Shown in pieces: positions 1 to 11,740 of a stretch of DNA of 64,000 nt. Location: NCBI GenBank assembly GCA_964016885.1, contig OZ024741.1:398846001-398910000 (forward strand), written 5' to 3'. Every line of letters begins with the position of its first letter. The first letter of the stretch is position 1. The notes under the pieces were generated by a model that worked only from the letters and a program-made list of their open reading frames with translations, was not told the DNA's origin and did not search any database. The DNA comes from Eledone cirrhosa (lineage: Eukaryota). The translations under genes were made by a program, and so were the position numbers.

Positions 1-3000
1 TAGCTATAAAACCTAATCTTAGCTATAAAACCTCCCCTTAGCTATAAAACTAGTCTTTAAATATAAAACCTACTCTTAGCTATAAAACCAGTCCTCAGGT
101 ATAAAACCTACCCTTAGCTATAAAGCCTGCCCTTAGCTACAAAACCAGTCCTTAGCCATATAACCTACCCTTAGCTAGAAAGCCAGTTATAGCTATAAAT
201 CCAATCCTTAGCTATAAAGCCAGTCCTTAGTTATAAAACCAGCCCTGAGCTATAAAACCTACCCTTAGCTATAAAGCCTACCCTTAGCTATAAAACTAGT
301 CTTTAAATATAAAAACCTACCCTTAGCTATAATACCTACCCTTAGCTATAAAACCCACCCTTAGCTAGAAAACCAGTCCTTGGCTATAAAACCATTACTT
401 AGCTATAAAACCTAGCCCTTAGCTATAAAAGCTACCCTTAGCTATAAAATCCACCCTTAGCTATAAAATCAGTCCTTAGCTATAAAACTAGTATTTAGCT
501 ATAAAACCAGTCCCTAGCTATAAAACTAACCCTTAGTTATAAAACCTACCCATAGCTATAAAACCACCGCTTAGTTATAAAACGTACCCTTAACTATAAA
601 ACCTACCATTAGATATAAAACCTACCCTTAGATATAAAACTACCTCTTAGCTATAAAACCTACCCTTATCTATAAAACTAGTCTTTAGGTATAAAACCTA
701 CGCTTAGCTATAAAACCTACCCTTAGCTATAAAACCACCCCTTAGCTATAACAGCTACGCTTAGCTATAAAACCAACCCTTAGCTATAAAACCAGTCCTT
801 AGCTAAAAAACCAATCTTTTGCTATAAAACCTACCCTCAGCTATAAAACCACCCCTTAGCTATAAAGCCAGTCCTTAGTTATAAAACCAGCCCTGAGCTA
901 TAAAACCTACCCTTAGCTATAAAGCCTACCCTTAGCTATAAAACTAGTCTTTAAATATAAAAACCTACCCTTAGCTATAAAACCTACCCTTAGCTATAAA
1001 ACCCACCCTTAGCTAGAAAACCAGTCCTTGGCTATAAAACCAGTACTTAGCTATAAAACCTTCCCATTAGCTATAAAATCAGTCCTTAGCTATAAAACCA
1101 GCCCTTAACTATAAAACCACCATTAGCTATAAAACCAATCCTTAGGTATAAAAGCAGTCCTTAGCTATAAAATCAACCCTTAACTATAAAACCTATCATT
1201 AGATATAAAACCAGTCCTTAGCTATAAAAGCAGTCCTTAACTACAAAACTAGTCTTTAGCTATAAATCCAACCCTTTGCTATAAAACCAACCCTTAGCTA
1301 TAAAATATAACCTTAGCTATAAAACCTACCGTTACCTATAAAACCAAACCTTAGCTATAAAACTAATCTTTAGCTATAAAACCAGTCCTTAGCTATAAAA
1401 CCACTTAGCTATAAAACTAGTCTTTAGCTATAAACCAGTCCTTAGCTATAAAACCAGTCCTTATCTATAAAATGAGTCCTTAGCTATAAAACCAGTCCTT
1501 ATCTATAAAACTAGTCTTTAGCTATAAAACCAGTCCTTAGCTATAAAACCAATCCTTAGTTATAAAACCTACCCTTAGCTATAAAACCACCCCTTAGTTA
1601 TAAAACCTACCCTTAGCTATAAAACCTACCATTAGATATAAAACGATTCCATAGTTATAAAACCAGTTCTTAACAATAAAACTAACCCTTCACTATGAAA
1701 CCAGTCTTTCGCTATAAATCCTACCCTTAGCTATAAAACCTACCCTTAGCTATAACACCTACCCTTTGCTATAAACCAACCCTTAGCTATAAAACCTACC
1801 CTTAGCTATAAAACCAAACCTTAGCTATAAAACTAGTCTATAGCTATAAAACCAGTCCTTAGCTATAAAACCAGTTCTTAGCTATAAAACTAGTCTTTAG
1901 CTATAAAACCAGTCCTTAGCTTTAAAACTAGTATTTAGCTATAAAACCAGTCCCTAGCTATAAAACTAACCCTTAGTTATAAAACCTACCCATAGCTATA
2001 AAACAACCGCTTAGTTATAAAACCTACCCTTAACTATAAACCTACCATTAGATATAAAACCTACCCTTAGATATAAAACTACCTCTTAGCTATAAAACCT
2101 ACCCTTAGCTATAAAACTAGTCTTTAGGTATAAAACCTACGCTTAGCTATAAAACCTACGCTTAGCTATAAAACCACCCCTTAGCTATAACAGCTACCCT
2201 TAGCTATAAAACCAACCCTTAGCTATAAAACCAGTCCTTAGCTAAAAAACCAATCTTTTGCTATAAAACCTACCCTTAGCTATAAAACCAACCCTTAGCT
2301 ATAAAACCAGTCCTTAGCTAAAAAACCAATCTTTTGCTATAAAACCTACCCTTAGATACAAAACTACCTCTTAGCTATAAAAGCTACCCTTAGCTACAAA
2401 ACCTAACATTAGCTATAAAACCTACCCTTAGCTATAAAACAATCTTTAAATATAAAACCTACCCTTAGCTATAAAACCTACCCTTAGCTATAAAACCAAC
2501 CCTTTGCTATAAAACCTACCCTTAGCTATAAAACCACCCTTTAGCTATAACAGCTATCCTTAGCTATTAAACCAACCCTTAGCTTTAAAACCAGTCCTTA
2601 GCTATAAAACAAGTCTTTAGCTATAAAACCTACCCTTAGATATAAAACTACTTCTTAGCTATAAAACCTACCCTTAGCTATACAACCTTAGCTATAAAAC
2701 CTAATCTTAGCTATAAAACCTACTCTTAGCTATAAAACTAGTCTTTAAATATAAAACCTACCCTTAGCTATAAAACCTACCCTTAGCTATAAAACCCACC
2801 CTTAGCTATAAAACCAGTCCTTAGCTATAAAAGCAGTCCTTAGCTATAAAACCATTCCGTAGCTATAAAACCTACCCTTAGCTATAAAGTCAGTCCTTAG
2901 TTATAAAACCAATCCTTAACTCTAAAGCCATTACTTAGATATAAAACCAACCCTTTGCTATAAAACCTACCCTTAGCCATAAAACCTACCCTTAATTATA

Positions 3001-4602
3001 AAACCTAACCTTAGCTATAAAACCTAACCTTAGCTATAAATCCAACCCTTAGCTATAAAGCGACACCTTAGCTTTAAAACCTACCCTGAACTATAAAATC
3101 ACCCCTTAGCTATAAAACCTATCCTTAGCTATAAAAGCAAGCTTAGCTATAATACCTAACCTTAGCTATAACACCACCCCTTAGCTATAAAACCAGTCCT
3201 TACTCTAAAACCTACCCTTCTCTATAAAACCAGTCCTTAGCTATAAAACTAGTTCTTAGTTATAAATCCAATACTTAGCTATAAAAGCACAATTAGATAT
3301 AAAACCTACTCTGAACTATAAAACCAAACCTTAGCTATAAAACCAGCCCTTAAATATAAAAACCAGTCCTTAGTTATAAAATCACCATTAGCTATAAAAC
3401 CAGTCCTTAGCTATACAATCAACCTTCAATAATAAAACCTGTTCTTAGCTATAAAATAAGTCCGTAGTTATAAACCGATCGTTTATCTACAAAACGTACC
3501 CTTAACTATAAAACCTACCCTTAGCTATAAAACTAGTCCTTAGCTATAAAACCAGTCTTTAGCTATAAAACCTACCCTTAGCTATAAAACAACCCTTAGT
3601 TTCAAAACCTACCCTTAGCTATAAAACCTACCATTAGATATAAAACCATTCCATAGCTATAAAACCAGTTCTTAACAATAAAACTAACCCTTAACTATGA
3701 AACCAGTCTTTCGCTATAAATCCTACCCTTAGCTATAAAACCTACCCTTAGTTATAAAACCAGTCCTTAGCTATAAAACCAGTCCTTCGCTATACAACTA
3801 GTCTTTAGCTATAAAACCAACCCTTTGCTATAAAACAAGTCCTTACCTATAAAACCTACCCTTAGCTATAAAACCAGTACTTAGCTATAAAATCAGTCCT
3901 TAGCTATAAAACCAGCCCTTAGCTATAAAACCAGTTCTTAGCTATAAAACTAGTCCTTAACTATAAAACCATCCCTTAGCTATAAAACCAGTCCTTAGCT
4001 ATAAAACCAGTCCTTAGCTATAAAACCAACCCTTAGCTATAAAACCTACCCTTAGCTATAAAACCTACCCTTAGTTATAAAAACCTACCCTTAACTATAA
4101 AACCTACCCTTAGCTATAAAACTAGTCCTTAGTTATAAATCCAATTCTTAGCTATAAAACCACCATTATATATAAAACCTACTCTGAGCTATAAAACCAA
4201 CCCTTAGCTATAAAACCACCCCTTACTTATAAAACCTATTCTGAACTATAAATCCAACCGTTAGCTATAAAAGCACCCCTTATTTATAAAACCTACTCTG
4301 AACTATAAAACCAACTCTGAGCCATAAACCTGTTCTTAGCTATAAAACCTACTCTGAACTATAAAACCAACCTTGAACTATAAAATCAGTCCTTAGCTAT
4401 AAAATCTACTCTGAACTCTAAAACCAACCCTGAGCTATAAACCAGTCCTTTGCTATAAAGCCAACCCTTAGCTATAAAGCCTACCTTTAGCTATAAAACC
4501 TACCCTTAGCTATAAAACCAGCCATGAGCTGTAACACTTACTGTTAGTTATAAAACCCACCCTAGGCTATAAACTATGTCTTAGCTAATACATGTTTAGC
4601 TA
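1..4602. repeat. 19-bp tandem satellite, consensus TAGCTATAAAACCTACCCT (roughly 240 monomers by length; continues left of the window)
   Basis: TAGCT recurs at 1, 20, 39 and so on (period 19). A conserved core TTAGCTATAAAA is followed by a ~7-nt variable segment drawn from a few classes (CCTACCC, CCAGTCC, CTAGTCT, CCAACCC, CCACCCC). Units degenerate after ~4150 and the last TTAGCTA remnants end at ~4602. Confidence 0.97.
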
Positions 4603-5026
4603 GTGAATGTATTGAAAAACCAATTAGACTTTTGTATATTTTGGGCATTTTTGTATAGAATAAACGTTTCATGAGTGTACACAAATTTGGTATCTTATTT
4701 GTTGTGGATCTCCGTTAGTTTTAACGATGTTTCAATTGTTCAGTCAACAGAACGATCTACTCATTAAACTAACTTGTAGATGGCTGAACATTCCTCAGAA
4801 ACCTGTATCCTTAATGTAATTCTCAGGGAGATTCGGAGTGACATAGTGTGTAACAAGGTTGGCGGTGTGAATCACGTGTACAATCGGTCCATTGGACAGA
4901 TTTTCAAACGGTTTCCGTGTACCCGATTTCTTACATAATGCTTAGGTTTAGTCGAGATTATAATGTAAAAGACATAATGTAAAACGGCGGTGAATTGAAG
5001 GGTACTCTCGACTCTTTGTCTACAAA

Positions 5027-5058
5027 GTTTTCTACAGCTGGATGCCCTTCCTATCAAC
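5027..5058 (-). mobile_element. Short fragment of a second SINE family
   Basis: The reverse complement reads GTTGATAGGAAGGGCATCCAGCTGTAGAAAAC, similar to the ...AGGAAGGGCATCCAGCYGTAGAAA... motif I recall from mollusc/octopus SINEs. This is recall-based and only ~30 bp. Confidence 0.5.
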
Positions 5059-5082
5059 ATTATATTTAATGGTTAATTAAAC

Positions 5083-5358
5083 GGCGGTGGATTGGCAGTA
5101 TCGGTAGAGGGTCGGACGCCATGCTTTCCAGCATAGTTACGTCCCTTTACGATCTGAGTTCAAATCCCGCCGAGGTTGACTTTGCCTTTCATCCTTACGG
5201 GGTCGATAAAATAAAGTTTCCAGCATAGTTACGTCCCTTTACGATCTGAGTTCAAATCCCGCCGAGGTTGACTTTGCCTTTAATCCTTACGGGGTCGATA
5301 AAATAAAGTACCAGTAATGCACTGGGTATTTGCTGGCCTTGTGCCTAAAGTAGAAACA
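5083..5358 (+). mobile_element. tRNA-derived SINE (inner copy) with a 92-bp internal tandem duplication, flanked by a 20-bp target-site duplication
   Basis: It starts GGCGGTGGATTGGCAGTATCGG (A-box-like), has a B box GTTCAAATCC at 5158-5167, a central domain GAGGTTGACTTTGCCTTTCATCCTTACGGGGTCGATAAAATAAAGTACCAGT and a 3' end GCTGGCCTTGTGCCTAAAGTAGAAACA. An exact direct repeat ATTATATTTAATGGTTAATT lies at 5059-5078 and 5359-5378. Resemblance to an abundant octopus SINE is from recall only. Confidence 0.85.
5125..5308 (+). repeat. 92-bp tandem duplication inside the inner SINE (5125-5216 and 5217-5308)
   Basis: TTTCCAGCATAGTTACGTCCC...GATAAAATAAAG is repeated head-to-tail, with one visible mismatch (TTTCATCC vs TTTAATCC). 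Confidence 0.95.
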
Positions 5359-5586
5359 ATTATATTTAATGGTTAATTGGCAGTATCGGTAGAGGGTTGG
5401 ACGCCATGCTTTCTAGCATAGAGTTACGTCCCATTACGGTCTGAGTTCAAATCCCGTCGAGGTTAACTTTGCCTTTCATCCTTACGGGGTCGATAAAATA
5501 AAGTACCAGTAATGTACTGGGTAATTGCTGGCCTTGTGCCAAAAGTAGAAACAATTATAATGTAAAAGACATTTTGGTTAAGAAGC

Positions 5587-5652
5587 TGAGCTGTGGGATT
5601 GAACCTTAGATTTTATAATTGCGAAGTGAACCTCTAAACCATTCGGCCATGC
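5587..5652 (-). mobile_element. Degenerate tRNA-like head (SINE 5' fragment or tRNA pseudogene) with Pol III A and B boxes
   Basis: The minus strand reads GCATGGCCGAATGGTTTAGAGGTTCACTTCGCAATTATAAAATCTAAGGTTCAATCCCACAGC. A box TGGCCGAATGG is at 5639-5649 and B box GGTTCAATCC at 5596-5605, with tRNA-like spacing but no clean cloverleaf. Confidence 0.65.
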
Positions 5653-5672
5653 AACGTTCCTAAATCTATATT

Positions 5673-5815
5673 GAAGACGTTAGAACATCAGATAACATTC
5701 TTGGTAGTCTTCGTTCCGGCATTTTGCTTCCTAAGTTCAAATCCCGCCGAGGTCAACTTTGACTTTCATGCATTCTAGGTCGATGAAAATTGTACCAGTC
5801 AAATACTGGGGTCGA
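5673..5815 (+). mobile_element. Older, diverged and truncated copy of the same SINE family as 5083-5358
   Basis: AAGTTCAAATCCCGCCGAGGTCAACTTTGACTTTCATGCATTCTAGGTCGATGAAAATTGTACCAGTCAAATACTGGGGTCGA aligns to the B box and central domain of the other two copies with many substitutions. The left boundary is approximate. Confidence 0.8.
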
Positions 5816-5817
5816 GT

Positions 5818-5870
5818 CTTCCTCTATATCTCTTTCTCAATATCTATACTGTCATTCTCTATCTTCATCT
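5818..5870. repeat. Pyrimidine-rich low-complexity tract (degenerate TC/TCTA microsatellite)
   Basis: CTTCCTCTATATCTCTTTCTCAATATCTATACTGTCATTCTCTATCTTCATCT. Confidence 0.4.
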
Positions 5871-6469
5871 GGAAGAAATCTGCTGTATTAAGACCTGCAG
5901 AGGAGATAGGCTCCACCAGGCATAAAAATATCCTTGAAACGCCCTATATCATATACTATATCATATACTATATCATATAATATATCATACACTATATCAT
6001 ACGCTATATCATACAATATACCATATACTATATCATACACTATATCATACACTTTATCATATACTATATCATACACTATATCATACACTATATCATACAC
6101 TATATCATATAGTATATCATACACTATACCATATACTATATCATACACTATATCATATACTATATCATACACTATATCATTCACTATATCATATACTATA
6201 TCATACACTATATCATACACTATATGATATACTATATCATACACTATATCATACACTATATCATATACTATATCATATACTATATCATACACTATATCAT
6301 ACACTATATCATACACAATACCATATACTATACCATACTCTATATCATACACTATATCATACACTATATCATACTCTATATCATACACTATATCATATAT
6401 TATATCATACATTATACCATACTCTATATCATACACTATATCATATACTATATCATACACTATATCATA

Positions 6470-9400
6470 CACTATATCATACACTATATCAAAGAATATA
6501 TCATACACTATATCATATACTATATCATATTCTATATCATACACTATATCATACAATATATAATACACTATACCATACACTTTACCATACACTATATCAT
6601 ACACTATATCATACAACATATCATACACTATATCAAACAATATATCATATTTTATATGATACACTATATCATACACTATATAATACACTATATCATATAC
6701 TAAATCATACACTATATCATACACTATATCATACATTATATCATACACTATATCATACAATATACCATACTCTATATCATACTCTATATCATATACAATA
6801 TTATACACTATACCATACTCTATATCATACACTATAGCATACACTATACCATACTCTATATCATACACTATATCATATACTATATCATACACTATATCAT
6901 ACACTATATCATATACTATATCATACACTATATCATACACTATATCATATACTATATCATACACTATATCATATTCTATATCATACACTATATCATACAC
7001 TATATAATACATTATATCATACACTATATCATACACTATATCATATACTATATCATACACTATACCATACATTATATCATATACTATATCATACACTATA
7101 TCATACACTATATCATATAATATATCATACACTATATCATACACTATATCATACACTATATCGTACACTATATCATACACTATATCATATTCCATATCAT
7201 ACACTATATCATACACTATATCATACACTATATCATATACTATATCATACACTATATCATTACAGTATATCATACACTATACCATACACTATATCATATA
7301 CTATATCATACACTATATCATACACTATATTATACACTATATCCTACTCTATATCATACACTATACCATACACTATATCTTATAATATGTCATACGCTAT
7401 ATCATATACTATATCAGACACTATACCATATATTATATCATACACTATATCATACACTTTATCATATACTATATCATACACTATATCATACACTATATCA
7501 TACGCTTTATCATATACTATATCATACACTATACCATATACTATATCATACACTATATCATACTCTATATCATACTCTATATCATAGACTATATCATATA
7601 CTATATCATACACTATATCATACACTATATCATATACTATATCATACACTGTATCATATACTATATCATATACTATATCATATACTATAGCATATACTAT
7701 ATCATACACTATATCATATATTACATCATATTCTATATCATACACTATATCATATACTATATCATACACTATATCATATACTATATCATATACTATATTA
7801 TATACTATATCATATACTATATCATACACTATATCATATACTATATCATATACTATATCATACATTATATCATATACTATATAATATACTATATCATACA
7901 CTATATCATACACTATATCATACACTATATCATACACTATATCATATAATATATCATACACTATATCATATAATATATCATATACTATATCATACACTAT
8001 ATCATACACTATATCATACACTATATCATGCACTATATCATACACTATATCTTACACTATATCATATACTATATCATACACTATATCATACACTATATAA
8101 CATACGATATCATACAATATATCATATACTATATAATACATTATACCATACTCTATATCATAAACTACATCATATACTATATCATACATTATATCATACA
8201 CTATAGCATACACTATATCATATAGTATATCATACACTATATCATACACTATATCATATACTATATCATACACTACATCATACACTATATCATACACTAT
8301 ATCATATACTATATCATACACTATATCATACACTATATCATGCACTATATCATACACTATAGCATACTCTATATCATACACTATATCATATACTATATCA
8401 TAAACTATATCATATACAATATCATACACTATATCATACAATATATCATACACTATACCATACACTATACCAAACACTATATCATAAACTATATCATACA
8501 CTATATGATACACTATATCATACAATATAACATATTTTATATCATACACTATATCATATACTATATCATACACTATATCATACACTATATCATATATTAT
8601 ATCATACACTATATCATACACTATATCATACACTATATCATACACTATATCATATACTATATCATACACTATATCATACACTATATCATGCACTATATCA
8701 TACACTATAGCATACTCTATATCATACACTATATCATATACTATATCATTTACTATATCATATACTATATCATACACTATATCATACAATATATCATACA
8801 CTATACCATACACTATATCATATACTATATCATACCCTATAATCATACACTATATCATACACTATATCATATACTAAATCATACACTATATCATACACTA
8901 TATCATACACTATATCATACACTATATCATACACTATATCATACACTATATCATATACTATATCATACACATATCATACACTATACCATACTCTATATCA
9001 TACTCTATATCATATACTATATTATACACTATACCATACTCTATATCATACACTATATCATACACTATACCATACTCTATATCATACTCTATATCATATA
9101 CTATATCATACACTATATCATACACTATATCATATACTATATCATACACTATATCATACAATATATCATATACTATATCATGCACTATATCATATTCTAT
9201 ATCATACACTATGTCATACACTATATCATACATTATATCATACACTATATCATACACTATATCATATACTATATCATACAATATATCATACACTATACAA
9301 TTCACTATATCATACACTATACCATATACTATATCATACTCCATATCATACATTATATCATACTCTATATCATACACTATATCATACACTATATCATACA

Positions 9401-11740
9401 CTATACAATACACTGTATCATACACTATATCATACACTATACATACACTATATCATATACTATATGATAAACTATATCATACACTATATCATACACTATA
9501 CCATACTTTATATCATACACTATATCATATATTATATCATAGACTAGACTATACTCTATATCATACACTATATCATACACTAAACCATACACTATATCAT
9601 ACACTATATCATACACTATATCATGCACTATATCGTGCACTATATCATACACTATATCATACTCCATATGATACACTATATCATACACTAAGCCATACAA
9701 TATATCATACACTATATCATACACTATATCATACACTATACCATACTCTATATCATACACTATATCATATATTATATCATACACTATATCATACAACATA
9801 TCATATACTATATCATACAATATATCATTACAGTATATCATACACTATACCATACACTATATCATATACTATATCATACACTATATCATACACTATATCA
9901 TACACTATATCCTACTCTATATCATACACTATACCATACACTATATCTTATACTATATCATACTCTATATCATATACTATATTATACACTATACCATATA
10001 TTATATCATACACTATATCATACTCTATATCATACTCTATATCATACACTATATCATATACTATATCATACACTATATCATACACTATATCATATACTAT
10101 ATCATACACTGTATCATATACTATATCATATACTATATCATATACTATATCATATACTATATCATACACTATATCATATACTATAGCATATACTATATCA
10201 TACACTATATCATATACAATATCATACATATATCATATACTATATCATATACTATATCATTTACTATATCATATACTATATCATACACTATATCATACAT
10301 TATATCATACACTATTTCATACACTATATCATATAATATATCATGCACTGTATCATACACTATATCATACACTATATCATACACTATATCATATACTATA
10401 TCATACACTATATCATACACTATATCATACACTATATCAAAGAATATATCATACACTATATCATATACTATATCTATATCATATACTATATCATACACTA
10501 TATCATACAATATATAATACACTATACGATACACTTTACCATACACTATATCATACACTATATCATACACTATATCATACACTATATCAAACAATATATC
10601 ATATTTTATATGATACACTATATCATACAATATATCATACACTATATCATATACTAAATCATACACTATATCATACACTATATCATACATCATATCATAC
10701 ACTATATCATACACTATACCATACTCTATATCATACTCTATATCATATACAATATTATACACTATACCATACTCTATATCATACACTATATCAAAGAATA
10801 TATCATACACTATATCATATACTATATCATATACTATATCATACACTATATCATACAATATATAATACACTATACCATACACTTTACCATACACTATATC
10901 ATACACTATATCATACACTATATCATACACTATATCAAACAATATATCATATTTTATATGATACACTATATCATACACTATATAATACACTATATCATAT
11001 ACTAAATCATACACTATATCATACACTATATCATACACTATACCATACTCTATATCATACTCTATATCATATACAATATTATACACTATACCATACTCTA
11101 TGTCATACACTATAGCATACTCTATACCATACTCTATATCATACACTATATCATATACTATATCATACACTATATCATACACTATATCATATACTATATC
11201 ATACACTATATCATACACTATATCATATACTATATCATACACTATATCATATTCTATATCATACACTATATCATACACTATATCATACATTATATCATAC
11301 AATATATCATACACTATATCATATACTATATCATACACTATACCATACACTATATCATATACTATATCATACACTATATCATACACTATATCATATAATA
11401 TATCATACACTATATCATACACTATATCATACACTATATCGTACACTATATCATACACTATATCATACTCCATATCATACACTATATCATACACTATATC
11501 ATACACTATATCATATACTATATCATACACTATATCATTACAGTATATCATACACTATACCATACACTATATCATATACTATATCATACACTATATCATA
11601 CACTATATCATACACTATATCCTACTCTATATCATACACTATACCATACACTATATCTTATAATATGTCATACTCTATATCATATACTATATCAGACACT
11701 ATACCATATATTATATCATACAATATATCATACACTTTAT
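6470..11740. repeat. Block duplication at ~4.28-4.30 kb offset (~6470-7460 vs ~10770-11740) plus a local 354-bp duplication (~10430-11130)
   Basis: The rare CAAAGAAT marker occurs at 6490, 10438 and 10792. ORF boundaries match at offset 4278 (7273->11551, 7380->11658, 7387->11665). Confidence 0.8.

Larger units (their letters stand above)
4986..5553 (+). mobile_element. tRNA-derived SINE of the same family (outer copy), split into a head at 4986-4997 and a body at 5379-5553, flanked by a 19-bp target-site duplication
   Basis: GGCGGTGAATT (4986-4996) joined to GGCAGTATCGG... (from 5379) reconstitutes the same 5' end as the inner copy. B box at 5445-5454. An exact direct repeat ATTATAATGTAAAAGACAT lies at 4957-4975 and 5554-5572. 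Confidence 0.75.

Noticed and set aside
1-4602. CRISPR-like repeat/spacer appearance of the 19-mer
   Set aside because: The constant part is only ~12 nt and the variable part ~7 nt with a few recurring alleles. There are no unique 25-45-nt spacers or cas genes, and the context is eukaryotic SINE DNA.
1-4602. Hundreds of TATAAAA boxes as Pol II promoters
   Set aside because: They are part of the satellite monomer, with no downstream gene or other promoter evidence.
1-4602. True telomeric array or strong G-quadruplex tract
   Set aside because: There is no run of tandem TTAGGG. G-tracts on the minus strand are one GGG plus one GG per 19 nt and are absent in many variants.
4603-4956. Unique sequence containing a CACGTG E-box (~4873)
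   Set aside because: A single hexamer is expected by chance, and there is no supportable gene or element here.
4872-5060. 62-aa minus-strand ORF
   Set aside because: It is short, crosses a TSD and SINE fragments, and has no recognisable motif.
5587-5652. Functional tRNA gene
   Set aside because: A and B boxes are present, but acceptor and anticodon stems do not pair convincingly. It is better explained as a SINE head or pseudogene; tRNAscan-SE would settle it.
5759-5980. 73-aa ORF with a hydrophobic stretch
   Set aside because: It has a non-ATG start inside a decayed SINE, the hydrophobicity comes from a pyrimidine-rich low-complexity tract, and it ends in the satellite.
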